A stretch of 64,000 nucleotides of DNA from Amoebophrya sp. A120 (lineage: Eukaryota > Protista > Dinoflagellata), in contig CAJINV010000022.1 of the NCBI GenBank assembly GCA_905178155.1, positions 248,001-312,000 on the forward strand. The letters are read 5' to 3'. The notes below the pieces were generated by a model. It searched no databases and was not told the DNA's origin. It worked only from the letters and a program-made list of their open reading frames with translations. Shown piece by piece: positions 11,681 through 25,900 of this stretch. The position numbers and the translations under genes are program-made. The first letter of the stretch is position 1. Every line of letters begins with the position of its first letter.

Positions 11681-13918
11681 TTTGGAGCGAAAAGGAAAGT
11701 GAAGCGCGCTGCCCTGCCAGACCTTCTGCAAGAGCGCAGGCGCAGGCCGGTTTGGGCATTGCAAGCGGCCTGCTTGTACGGGTCCAGTTTCTGTAAGCCC
11801 TGGCGCGCCCCATTCTGCGGCAGGGGGCGTGGAAATCTACTGTAGAACGGGGGTGGGCGCCTGGCTTTTGGATTCCCTCGTGGCCGTCAGGTGCCAGACA
11901 CTCCGGTGGCGCGAGTGCAAGAAAAGCCGAGAGGAATATTAAAGAAAAGAATGGCGGGGAGGGCTTTTCTCTCGTATGTTTGTCCGGCCCAACCCCTTAC
12001 AATTTTGTCTGGTGTGGGACATCAAAACCAGGAGGAACCGGCGCAACGATACCCCGTCGCTTTATTTGCAAGGCGGAAATCATGTTGCCCCCATCAAGTT
12101 TTGACTTTGTAAAGTGCCAGGGCGGCGCGCTTGTAAATTTTGTAAATTTATCTGCTGAGCAGGTTCTTACGTGCTCCTCTTGACATGAGCGGAGTGCTCC
12201 TCTTGACATGTGGGCGACAGCTACAGTCGGAGTGCTCCTCTTGACGTGGCGCGGCAGATGAGGCCGGCGCGATGAAAATACCTTCGCGACGAGTTGCGAG
12301 CCCTGACAGACTATGCTAAAGCAGCACGATCATCATGGAGGAAGAGGCTCTTGTTGGTGCAGCTACTCAAATGCAGCGTCGCGATCGTAAATTCCTCCAA
12401 AGCTATCGTCTTTGATGAAGATCCTCATCGTGCCATGATCGTAGTAGTAACAGCTCGCCTCCTGCTTGAGCTGCAGAGGTAGATGAGGCCAACACGTTCA
12501 TCGACGTGACTGTGGTGTGTCGTGTGTTCACCGAGGTGTCAACAGGCGCAAATCTGCTTGTAAAATGTTATGAGTGAGCTGGTGGACCGACGTCGTCGAG
12601 AGTGCCATGTGTCCGTGGAGAGGTCGTGTCAAAATCGAAAGCGCCTGTCCTGTGGCTTTCGGAGTTGTCTTCTCAAAAGGACTAAAAATGTGAATTAAAA
12701 TTAAGTCGTATAAAATACCGCGGCACAGCTATTGTGCCCCACCGTCGTTGCTGGTCTCATTTGCGCGTCGCGCTGCCTGCTTTGAGAAATGGGGAATTGA
12801 GAAATGAGCGAGCTGCCGATCGGGCTTCTTCGTCTGTCTGTGTAGTTGCGCGACCATGTGCGTCCAAGAAGTAGAAGCGTCCACGTTTTCGTTGTATTTT
12901 TTTCTTCCCTGCTCGTGCTGCCCAACAGTGAGTAGCAGTAGATCACTTTCCCAGCCATCAGCACATCACGTGAGGCTGTTGTGCAACATGTGGTGTTGCA
13001 TAGAATTACAATTTCAAATTGCAACAAGTGTTTCTACTTTATTAACAGCTTCTTCCTCATCTCACCACGCTCTCGAAGCAGCATGCCACCAGCACAAATC
13101 CCCGCCGCTTTGGAGTACTTACTGTAAAGGGGGGCACTACTTACTTGCAACTTGGCAGCACGATATATTTTCTTGACTGAACATGGTCCATCACGCCAGC
13201 AGTAGTAAGTAGTAGTCTGTGCTTACCAGTGGCAGGAGTGGCTCGTCCTGCAAAAAAAAGGAGCATGGGTGAGCTGTATAATTTTTTCTAACTTCGACCA
13301 CGACGTCGCCCTGAAGGGAGCGCCGGCGGGGCAGCTGCACTTTTGTCGTAGTGCCACGGCTGGCGGAGTACTTCTACGGGGAGATGATCAACGTCATGTG
13401 CTGTCAACCTCCGGCTCATCAACATCATATCCTCGAGACCACGGCGAAATACTAAAAATACGTACGCTGAACAGAGCTGCTCCTGCAACCAGGTCCTCAT
13501 CAACATCGATCACTTTCTTCGATCCCCGGCGGACAGTTGTTTCACCTCGTCTTTTTACAATAAGGAACACCAACTAAAACTTCTCTTCGCGAGTCGATCC
13601 TTTCGATGCTGTCGCGGACGAGGACAGCCTTCATGATCTTTGAAAGCCGAGTCAAGTATGTTGAAAATAAGAGCCGACGAGGACCACGAGCAGCCGATGT
13701 TGTGCAAGAACTATTTTTTGTGCGAGTAGAAGAGGCAGCCACAAGCTAGAAGTAGAAGGAGCGTTGTAGTTGCAATGATAATTACAACTACTAGCGGCGC
13801 CGTAGCCGAGGGCCACGCGCTCCTTTTTCCTGTCGTCGAATGATTATTGTGTCATCTTCAGCTTACTGGGCTCAAGCGTCGAGGACATCTTCATCAGGGT
13901 TCTTATAGAGCCATCGAG

Positions 13919-16900
13919 ATGGAGGACTTTAACGACCCCGTAAGACCGCTTCCTCCCGTAGCTGCTGTCGTCTCCGCCAGTCGGCTCAAGTACCTGCTGT
14001 CGGCCTCAGAAAACGTCGAAGATGAGGGGGACATTATCGATCCGAAAAATTATGCCACATCAACGACAGCACATGCACAACGACCTCCCCAACAACCACG
14101 AGAGTTCTTATTTTCCCGAGAAGTGCCAGCTGGCGAGGACAGTTGTAAAAATGCCCCTGTGCTAGGAGTCAGCATGACGAGCATCAACCTGATGCTCAAC
14201 GAAACCAACCTGAGTCGGCTCTTCGAGGATTCCAATCCGCTCGTCGCGGGCAACGAAGTTTCCAGTGAAGATGTTGACCACAACATCTTTGATCCCGAGG
14301 GCATGCTCGTCGACGACAACTGCAACTACAGTGTCGAGTCTAGTACTATCAACTGCAAATATGTCTGGGTCTGGAAACTTGTAATGCTGCGTTGGGAATA
14401 GTGAAGGCTCTGTAATGCACAGGCAAGCATGAGAAATATCTGCGCTTCTTTGTGTTGCGTTTTTCGCATGACAAGCTGCGTTTTTGCATGACATGCAAAG
14501 GGGTCTCTTCTTGGACACGCATCACAGACTTTTTGGTCATGCCAGACAAGCATGACAAGTCTCGCAATCTTCCAGACCCAGACATTTTTGCATGTGATAA
14601 GTACAACTCGGCGTAGTTCCTACTTGTACTTCCAGGAGGACCTGCAGTCATGCATGAAGATCCGACAAGTTGTATCCTGAGTAAAAACGTCCCCACACCA
14701 GAGTCAGGATGGGGATTTTGCAACACAAACCTAGGAGTTTTGGGTGTCACGCATGACAAATTGCGCTCCGCAGTGTAGTGCTGGTTAGCAAGTGCAGCCG
14801 CGTCACAGATTCATCTGCTCATCCTGTTCACAGCATCACAAATTCCAAAACACGACTGGCAATGGCTCTCATGGGGATGCGCATTACAAGTCTTCCTGTC
14901 TTTGCAAATCTGCATTACAACTCTGCTGTGGGTACGTTTTTACTCAGGATAAGTTGTAGACCGCTCAACAACATCTCCGTTCCTCTTCCTTCCCGCGACC
15001 CCCCAGGTGCCCCCGTTCCTCTACTGGCTCCTGGCGGCTATGAAGGACCCAAAACCCTACGGGGTCTACGGCTGGGGCCAAGCCACGATAGACAAGGAGG
15101 TGCTGGGCGCGGGCGGCGTTATGCATTGCAAAAGTATAATCGTACTAGTGCAAACTGCATGACAAATTTTGGCAAGAAGGAAAGTGGAATTTGTAATGCT
15201 GTTTCTCGCTAGGAAAAATATTTGTCATGCACATTTGCAAATAGTACGAGTACGATACTTTTGCACAGGATAGGCGTGTCTTCGGAGCAAAAATTTCTGG
15301 AATTGTTCGGCTTCACGCTGGATTGGACCCGGTTTCCGAAGATTTTCGTTTCCAAGACGCAAGTACGCATTGCAAAAGTATCGTACTACATATGCATTGC
15401 ATTACAAATTTCATCCTCAGCATGAGAAATAAAATCTGTAATGCGGGTCAACCTCAAGAAAAAAGATTTGTATATGCATGACTGCAATTACTATGAGCGC
15501 GATATTACTTTTGCAGTCCATAGCAAGCCCAGACCGCGAAGGGGCAGCCGACTCCCGCCACCCAGAACGGGGTGCGGGTGGGGGACCAGTTGATCATGAT
15601 AAACGGCAACCGATATCATTTGTAAAAACGTCCCCACCTCCCCAGAGTTGTAATGCAAATCTGCATGTTGAGAATGTTTCTCATGCCGAGACCCATGAGA
15701 AGCACTTTCTAGTCGTGTTTTGGGCTTTGTGATGCTAGAATCAGCATGATGCGCCAGATCTATGATGCTGCTGAGCAAGCTAGTAAACAGGATTACGCTA
15801 CGAGGGCAAGCCTGTCATGCGAAACAACCAAAGCTGGTGGATTTGTCTAGCAGATTGCCCAACTTGACTCTGGTGTGGGAACGTTTTTCCTCACAGTAAC
15901 CGAACCACGATGATTGCGACCTTTCCGGGCCGGCACGTCCACGACGCACTCCTTCAGCAGTTTGTCCAGCGGTCGGAGGCCGGCAAATCGCAGATCGCGA
16001 ATTGGATGTTCTTGTCCGGTGAAGCCAAGAAACAATACCTGCAAATCTATCAAAATGTAAAACTCCCCCTCCCCATACTGGAGCGGAGATTCGTGTAGCA
16101 TGATTTGTGACCACAAAACATGTTGTCATGCTAGAAGGCAAAAGAAGCGGATGCGGACAGTAATGCTGGGTGGCGCAGGAAAGCGCTGCATCTTCAGCAT
16201 GACAGGAGGCAACTAGAAATGGGAAACAGCACGACAAATCGCCTGCAATGAAGGCCGCAGCTGCGTCTCATGGCCTTCTAGCAATACAAGGCGACTTGTG
16301 TTGTACTCAAATACAGCATCACAAATTTCCTTTTCGATATGGGGAGGCGGGGTGATTTTTCTTTGCGATAAAATCCTGATCGAGGGGCCTGGGCTGCAGC
16401 TCGAGCGGGCGGGTTATCAAATGCAAAAATGTCTGGGTCTGGAAGAATGCAACTTGTAATGCTGCGTTTTGATGTCTAAAAAATTTGTGTTGCATGAGCA
16501 GCAAAAGGATTCTAATTTTTGCTACGCGGAGAGGGCATTTGTAATGCGGAATATGCATCAAGAATCTCTCAAAAAACCTGTGATGCTACGACATGCATCA
16601 CAGACATCATGATGGCTCATGCAAACCGTGCATGACAAGGCTCAGAATCTTCCAGACCCAGATGACACTTTTGCATTTGATACCGGTAGTAGTGCTGGCA
16701 GTGCTGGCACAACCACCTCCAACAGGACAGCAGTTGTACCCGAGTGGGCGAAGAAGAAAGGGGTATTGCCGGGTGACGCCATCGTATGAACTGCAAAAGT
16801 ATCGTACTAAGTAGTAGTAATTGCAATACAAATTAGCTCAGCTTGTTGACAAATGGGAATTTGTCATGCTGTTTTATCTTGGGATGGAGATTTGTAATGC

Positions 16901-19900
16901 ATGATTGCGATTACTACGAGTGCGATACTTTTGCACAGGATACATCGTGGTTTGCAACGATTTCCAATGTGGCGACAGCACCAGTGGGCTGGAAAAACTA
17001 CAGCAGCTGTTCAACACAACAACTTCCGACCCCACCGGCGCGTACGTGATTCTCCGACGGGAGGCCGGCTTTCCGGACGCTGTTTTGAGAACGGAAGTAA
17101 ACCTGGATCGCCCCTTGCCCTATGAACTGCAAAAGTATCGTACTAGTATAAATCACATGACAAATTTCCTCAGCATGAGAAATGAAATTTGTAATGCGGA
17201 TTTAACTTAACAGAAAAATTTGAAATGCATAAATGCGATTAATAGTGCGAGTTCTATACTTTTGCAGTTCATATGCCCGACGGCTGGATGACGGCAAGCG
17301 TTCCCATGCCTGCTGCAGCAATTATGGGAGTGTCAGGATCGAAATCGTCAAAGTTGAAATGACTTGTAATGCATAAAATGCATGACGTGAGGCGCGTGTG
17401 TTGCAGAGCAGGCAAGTAAGGCTGATTGTAAGCCTGTTTCAGGTTAGAGCTCGCGCTGCTAAGGTAGCATGAGAAAATCAGTCTTCTTTGCCTAAACAGC
17501 ATGACAAACTGGATTTAGGTGGCACCACCAACATTTGTCATGCGCCACTTGGAAACTGGGTTCCAACTGGCATCCAGTTTATGCATTGCAAATCATTTCA
17601 ACTTTGTCGATTTCGATCCTGACAGTTCCATAGCAATGATGTCGAGCGTAACCAAGGGGGAAGAAAGGCAGAGCACAAGCGGTGCTGGTAATATCTCGGC
17701 CTCCATGTCACCGGCGCAAATACAGAGCACGACGAACCCGAGCAACAAAATTTCCCCGTGGCTTTATTGGCTCCTCTCGGGCGTGCAGAAGATGGCCGAC
17801 TTCGCGCTCTACGGCTGGTCGCAAGCAACGATCGATGTGGAGTGCCTCAAGTCTTCGGGCGTTTTTTCCTCGGAGCAAAAAATGTTGGAGCTCTTCGGGT
17901 TTACGTTATGCATTGCAAATATGTCTTGGTCTGGATCTGGAAGGGTCCCAACTTGTCATGCTGTCTTTGGATTCTAAAAAAATTGTATAGCATGACGAGC
18001 AAGAGGACTCCAGTTGTTGCACTTCGGAGAAGGCATTTCTCATGCGGAGTAGGCATCAGGAAGCCGCGAAAAAACCTGTGATGCTAGGTCATGCATCACA
18101 GACATCATGGGTCAGGCAAAATGTGCATGACAAACGTTGGACTCTTCCAGACCCAGACATATTTGCAGTTGATATACGTTTGATTGCAGCAAATTTCCAA
18201 GAGTGTTCGTCTCCAAAACCCAGCCGAACACGTCGAAGGGGGCCGACACAAGGGCGACGCAGTACGGGGTCCAGGTTGGGGATCAGTTGCTGATGATAAA
18301 CGGGCAAAGGGTGACCATGGTCGCGTCTTGGCAGGGACGCCACTTCCACGACGCAATCATGGCCAACATCTTGCAACGCGTCACCGCGCAGAAGCCGCAG
18401 GTCGCGCACTGGCTGTTTTTGACTGGGGTAGGGAGGAAACAGTATTTGCAGATGCAGATCACGTATGAAATGCAAATATGTCTGGGTCTGGAAAGTTGGG
18501 ACTTGTAATGCTAGCTCTACATTACTGGAGGGAAATCTGTATTGCATAAGCAACAAAGGACGCAGCCACTTTTGTCATGCAGAAACGCAGTTTCTCATGC
18601 GGACTGCCTATGAGGAAGCATTCTGGAAAGTTGTCATTCTGTGCTGCATTCGGAAGTGTTTCCATCATCCACATTTTAGCATCACAGGTTTCCAGACCCA
18701 GACAGAGTTGCATTTGATATCACGCACAAGGATGAAGTCCAGCTGGACGTGAAGAAAACCGATTCCGGTCGCATCGTGAAATATCAACTGTAAAAATGTC
18801 TGGGTCTGGAAGAGTTCATGTTTGTCATGCTTGTCTGGCATGACTCTTAAATCTGTCATGCACGCTACCCAAGAGCTGCGCTTTTCTGTGATGCAGAAGC
18901 GCAGTTTGTCATGCAGAATAGGCAACACCTAGGAGCTCAGAAACTTGTCATGCTGAGCCAGCATTTGTAGCCTCATCATGAGACGCTACGCAGCATCACA
19001 AGTTCCCAGACCCAGACATTTTTACATTTGATATGAAAGATTCGCATTTTGGCGCTCGGATTTTGAGAAAAGACGACGAAATAGTGGCGGCGGGCGATTT
19101 TTTCTGCGGCGAAAGCGACAAGGAGGTATGGCGTCCTCAACTGTTACATTATCAACTGTTAAATGAATATGTGATGCAAGAATAGCAAAACTGAAAGCGG
19201 GAAGATTGTGCCTTTTGCATGACAGACTTGGCACAGATTCTCGGTCTGTTTGGGCCTTCCTGAATTTGTCATGCGCAGCAGCTTGATCGCGTCGAATCTG
19301 ATTCTTGGAGTTTTGCATGACAAATCATGTATACAGTTGAGAACGTAACGTCTGAGAACGCCATAGGAGGGGCTGGCGAAGTTGGAAAATCTGATGCTTT
19401 CATCGAACAACGGCGGGGAGGGCCAGTACGTGCTAGTCCGGCGAAAAGCCGGGTTTGAGGAAGAGGCTCTAGCCAACGAGCTGAAACTCGACCGCCCTCT
19501 GCCGGATGGGTGGCTCGCAACCGGAAACGTGCCGATGCCACCACCGGGATCAACAAATACTGCGGTGGTCCTCGCTTCCTCCTCTCCCACAGGAGGAGCA
19601 CAACAACTGCAAGACATCAGCCAGCTAGGTAAAAGTCAAGCCAGTGCAATTGCGGGTGCTGCGAAGATTCCGCCCTGGCTATCAAAAGGAAAAATCCCCC
19701 CTCCCCATATCGAAAAGGACTAAATTTTGTGATGCTGATTTGTGGTCACAAACAACCTCTGTCTTGCCTTTAGGGTAATGGGAGCAATGTGGCGCATTCC
19801 ACAGCCAGTCACAGTCTGTCATGCGCTTTCGACTACTGCAAACCTGTTTTTCGTGCCTTATTGCTAGCCTTCTGCACATTCGGACAGGCTTAGAAAATGC

Positions 19901-22900
19901 CGCCAAGCACTTTCTGCAAGACAGATCTGATTTGTGTACGCAAATCCAGCATCGCAAGCTTCTTTTTGATATGGGGAGGGGGGATAATTTTTCCTTACGA
20001 TATTGGCTTTACTGGCTCCTCTCCGGTGTGAAGGACATGGCGGGGTTTGAGCTTTACGGGTGGTCCCAGGCAACGATTGACGTGGAGTGCCTGAAGTCTT
20101 CGGGCGTTTACTTATCCTGTGCAAAAGTATCGTATTCGTAGTAATTGCAGTCATGCATTACAAATATCTTCCCTAAGCTAAATCCGCATGACGAATTTGA
20201 TCTCTCATGCTGAGGAAATTTGTAATGCATTTATACGAATGCGATACTTTTGTATTGCATATTACTCCTCCGAAAACAAGATGCTCGAGCTCTTTGGGTT
20301 TACCTTCGACTGCAGTAGATTTCCAAGAGTTTTTATCCGAGAAAAAAACGTTGTTATTGTAAATTTGTGATGCGCAACATGCAAGACGATTGCGTCTGTC
20401 ATGCTTGGCATGCGTCGTAGGGTCCATTAAAGGGCGTGCTCCCGTACTATCTGCGCATGACAGGTTGTTGCTGTCATGCCAGACAAATTTGTAATGCTGT
20501 TCCTCCAAAATTAATAGTTACACCGTACAATGTTTGTTTCTTGGATAGTTTTCGTCTCCAAGACGCAGGCCAAAACGGCGAAAGGGTCCGACACAAGAGC
20601 GACACAGTACGGGGTCCACGTTGGGTATCAAAGAAAAAAAGGTGTTTCTACCGCTACACATTTGCTCTTGGAGTTTCATCTGCATCGCAAATTTTCTGTG
20701 GCTGAGAGTAGAGAAAACGTGCAAGAAGATCTTAAGGGATGAAAATACGTAGGAAACAAAGCTCCCAGGCCTATACGGCATGACAGAGGTTGAGGTTGTC
20801 TCTATTGCTTGGTCTGCAACACAATGTCGTGTAACTGTCTGTAACACAACTTCTTTCACTGCATACGGGGGATCAGCTGTTGATGATCAACGGGCAAAGG
20901 GTGACCATGGTCGCGACTTTATCAAATGTAAAAATGTCTGGGTCTGGAAGATTAGAACTTGTCATGCTAAATCTGAATCGTGCGAAAATCTGTGTTGCGT
21001 GAGTACCAAAAGCTGTCCGCTTTTCACCAGGTTGAGAGGGAGTTTCTCATGCAGGAAGGGCATGATAGAGACCTCAAAGAATCTGTCATGCTGGGGCTCG
21101 CATTCCAGACCTCATGGGTCATGGAAAACCTGCGTCACAAATCTTGCATTCTTCCAGACCACCCAGACACTTTTGCATTTGATAGACTTGGCAGGGACGG
21201 CACTTTCACGATGCGGTGATGTCAAACATCTTGGAGCGTGTGATGGCGAAAAAGCCCCAGGTGGCGTACGAAAGTGCACAACTGCCCCTGCCCCTCATTT
21301 GTCATGCAAAATTCCGAATCCACACTTTGCCTGTTACCACAGATAATTGCATGACAGATTCCGGAATCCAAAACAGTACGTACAATCGATCCTCTAGAAA
21401 TTTGTCATGCAAAAGCTGCATTTTTTCCAGCGCGTGTGTTGCCGTTCCTGCAGCACAAATGAGGGGCAGGGGGAGTTGGGCACTCTCATATGACACACTG
21501 GCTGTTCTTGAACAGCAGTGGTAGGAAGCAATATTTTAAGAACTGCAAAAGTATCGTATTCGTATAAATGCATTGAAGTGAACCGGTACCCACGGGTGTT
21601 GACCGATCGACCTATTGCCAGCTAGGGGAGCACCCATGCGGTGGCAGGATCCAGCGCCCCTAGGTCGGGGGCGCTCCTGCCTTAGCCGTATGGGACCCCG
21701 TGGGCAGAAGTATCCACTCGCGCGCCGCGCCCGTTCTAGTTAGGGTCCATCTTCGATTTTTCTTCTCTTCACCAATTCGACAGGTCAAGCAAATCATTTC
21801 ACGCAGTTCGCTCCGGCTACAGTGATCTACCTAAACTTCTATTTTGATTTTACATTGCAAGGTGGTGATAAGTTGAGACACTATTCACCAGCTATTTACA
21901 AGCAGGAACATAGATAGTACGTTTAAACAGTTACTCGCTCGCCTAAAGTAGAAGCGAGCACCCGATTGATTTTACATTGCAACGTACAAATGCATTACAA
22001 ATTTCCTCAGCATGAGAAATAGAATTTGTAATGCGGATTGTGGTTAAGAAGGAGATTTGTAATGCATGACTGGGATTGCTACGAGTGCGATGCTTTTGCA
22101 TTTCATACATTTGCAGATGATGATCACGCACAAGTCGGAATTGCAGCTCGACGTGAAAAAATCGAAATGCAAAGTCACCGCGGATTCCCATTTCGGCGCC
22201 AGGATTTTGAAAAAAGACGACGAAATCGTTGCGGCAGCGGACTTCGTTTGCGGCGAAAACGATAAAGAGGGACTGGCGAAGCTGGAAAAACTCGTCGCGA
22301 ATAACGGGGCTGAAGGCCAATACGTGCTCGTTCGCCGGAAAGCCGGTTTTGAGGAGCAAACTTTGAAGGCCGAACTGAAACTCGACCGACCGCTGCCGGA
22401 TGGGTTATCCTGTGCAAAAGTATCGCACTCGTATGGCAATCATGCATTACAAATCTTTTCCTTAAGGGAAATCAGCATTACAAATTTTATCTCTCATGCT
22501 GAGGAAATTTGTAACGCATCTATGTATACGAGTGCGATACTTTTGCAATGCATATGGGTGGTTGCTCGGCAACGTGCCCCTACCGCCGGACTGGGAGAAA
22601 CAAGGGGGGAGTAGTAAACAAGGAGGAGGTCTTATCGCAAGAAAAAACTGTTTCACTGTGAACTTGTGATGCAGAGAACGAAGCACCAAAGTGTTTGTCT
22701 TGCTACACCTGCAAGACATTGGATCTTCAAGCGTGTTTTCCCTTGGAAAGCGCGCATGGCAAATTTTCCGTGTCATGTGTAACAAACTTGTGATGCAGAT
22801 CTTGCAAAACCACCACAGTGAAACAGTTTTTTCGTGGGATAGGACTGACATCCTCCACCTCGAACATAATTACCTCCGCAGCGGCGCAACAAGAACAGAA

Positions 22901-25900
22901 GCAGCCGCAGCAGTCTGGAGGCTCCACTTTAACTGCTAGTGCTTCTACTTCTTCCACCACCCCGCCGCCCTGGCTGTATTGGCTCCTCTCTGGTGCGAAA
23001 GACATGACCAATTTTGAGCTGTATGGCTGGTCACAAGCTAGCATCGACGTGGAGACCTTGAAATCCTCTGGCGTGTATTCCTCCGAAGCGAAAATGCTGG
23101 AGTTGTTCGGATTTACCTTCGACATCAGCAAATTTCCGAAGGTGTTCGTTTCCAAAACCCAGGCGAAAACGTCGAAAGGGACCGACACACGAGCCACGCA
23201 GTACGGGGTCCATGTGGGGGACCAATTACTGATGTTAAACGGACAGCGGGTGACCATGGTCGCGACCTGGCGGGGGCGGCATTTTCATGACTGTTTGATG
23301 GCAAACGTGTTAGAACGCGTCGAGGCGAAGAAGCCGCAGGTCGCGCACTGGCTTTTTCTGAACAAAAACGGACAGAAGCAATACCTCCAAATGCAGATCA
23401 CACACAAAGACGAGGTGCAGCTGGAGCTCGGTAGTATCCTGTGTAAAAACATCCCCACCCCAGAGTTGTAATGCAAAATGGCATGCCTAAAATGTTTCTC
23501 ATGCGCAGCTCCATGAGAGACATTTTCTCCTGCTATCTGGAAGCTTGTGATGCTGGAATCAGGATAAGGCAGTCGATTTGTCATGCGGCTGCACTACCTC
23601 AAACAGCACTACACTACGAGTCCAATAAACTTGTCATGCGAAACAGCCAAAACTTGTTGATTTGTGCAGCCAAAACCATATTGACTCGGGTGTGGGGCCG
23701 TTTTTACACAGGATAAGTAGTGGAGGTTCTTCTTCCAAAAGCACCAACTCGTTGAAAAGTACCAAAATCCAAAGAGATTCCCACTTTGGCGCTCGAATCT
23801 TGAAGAAAGACGACGAAATCGTGGCTGCGGGTGATTTATGCACTGCAAATATCCCTGGATGTCTGGAAGGATGCAAGGTTTGTCATGCTTGTCTGGCATG
23901 ACTGAAGAGTTTGTGATGCGTGTCCAAGAACAAGTAGAGACCCTTTTGCTTGTCATGCAAAAACGCAATTTGTCACGGGGAAAGCGCAACACAAAGTAGC
24001 ACAGATATTTCTCATGCTTCGCTGTCCATTACAGAGAATTCACTACTCACAACTCAGCATTACAAGTTTCCAGACCCAGATGAAATATTTGCATTTGATA
24101 TGATTTCTATTGCGGGGAAAACAACAAAGAAGGTTTGCAGAAATTGGAAAAACTCCTTCTCCAAGGAGGGTCGTCAACGTCATCTGGAGGGAGCGGAGGT
24201 GTGGGAACCTACATCCTGGTTCGGAGGAAAAAGGGTTTTGATATCCACAAAAAAACAACCATGATCTTCCCTATCCAATTTGTCATGCAGCCCATGTATG
24301 AAGTCCTGCTCCTGTGTTTGTCATGCATAAAATGCATTTGGTTTCGGATGGTTGTTTTTGCCTGGATATTTGAAAAAGAGGTTTTGAACTCCGAGGTCAA
24401 ACTGGACCGGCCGGTTCCGGAGGGGTGGTTGGCGTCGAATGTAGTTGTGCCATCAACTTCTTCTACCCCGGCAGCAGCTGCTGCTGCTGCTTCCGCAAAA
24501 GTTGTGAATGCCGGGGCGGCAACTGCAACAGCACAAGCGCCTCCAACCGGTGGCAGTAGTTCCCCCACAGCAGGTGGAGCAGCAGCATCAACATCAACTT
24601 CCCCCGCACCAACAGGGAAAGTGCTTTACACCCCCGACCAAGGTCCCAAAGTCACCCTCGTCGCGCCCACCAACGCCCTGCCGCCCGGAGCGAAGAAAAG
24701 TGGGAAAGCGGCGCCGTTTCTGTTCGCGTTGCTGATGAATTCCATGTCTTTGACCAAAGCCGGACTGGTCTACTGGGAGCAAACCACGATTGACAAAGAA
24801 GTGCTGTTCAACGGGGCACAGAACGGGTTAACGCCGAAGGAGCGCATATCGCACGAAAAAACTGTTTCACTGTGATGATTTTGCAAGATTTGCTTCACAA
24901 GTTTGTCCTACATCACAGAGAAAATTTGCCATGCGAGATTCCGAAGGGAAAACACAACTAAAAATCCATTGTCTTGCATGTGTAGCAAGACAAACACATG
25001 TGTGTTCCGTTCTATGCATCACAAGTTTACAGTGAAGCAGTTTTTTCTCACGATAGCGCATGGCGAAACTATTCGGCATGGAGCTGGACTGGACCCTGTT
25101 TCCCCTGTATCAACTGCAAAAGTGTCTGGGTCTGGAAGAGTCGGGGCTTGTCATGCACATTTTGCAGGATCCGCGAGGTCTGTGATGCTGGTGCTAGCAA
25201 CACAGATTTTTTGAGAGCCTTTTGATGCTAGTTACTCATGAGAAACGCCCTCTCCGCGTGCCAAGAGCCGAGTCCTCTTGCTGCTCATGCAACACAGATA
25301 TCTTTAGAATCCGCAGACAGCATCACAGGTTCCACTCTTCCAGACCCAGACACTTTTGCAGTTGATACCCTGGTAAAAGTGACGAAAGTGATCGGGAGTA
25401 AGCAGAACCCGACGCGGGCCTTCAATTGCGGGGTCGAAGTGAACGACTACTTGGTCATTGTCCACTACTATGCAATGCAAAAGTATCGTACTAGCTGTAG
25501 TAGCATACATTGCATGCGTGCATGACAAATATCTTTCTAAACCTGAAACAGCATTACATTTTACAAATTCCACTTCTGTTCTTGCCGACATTTGTGATGC
25601 AAGTTATACTTTACTAGTATGGTGCTTTTGCATTGCATAACTACCAACGCATGACGATGGTGATGCAGTGGAAGGGTGTCGACCCCAACGACGCGATCCT
25701 AAACGTGATCGGAAAAGAATACCAAGCCGCGGATATCCTGTGTAAAAACGTGCCCACCCCATAGTCAAGCTGGGACTCTGGCAAGACAAATCGAGCATCT
25801 TTGAGACTCACGCATGACAAGTTTGCCTACGCAGTGTAGTCGTGCCTGGCTAATTCAAACGCATCACAGAAGATCCAGTCTGTCATCCTGATTAGCGCAT

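Noticed and set aside
12294-13742. Possible minus-strand gene upstream of the giant gene
   Set aside because: Coding-like patches exist but I could not build a consistent frame or recognise a domain.
13860-13880. Dinoflagellate spliced-leader relic (GGCTCAAG) upstream of the giant gene
   Set aside because: Only 8 nt match CCGTAGCCATTTTGGCTCAAG, which is compatible with chance.
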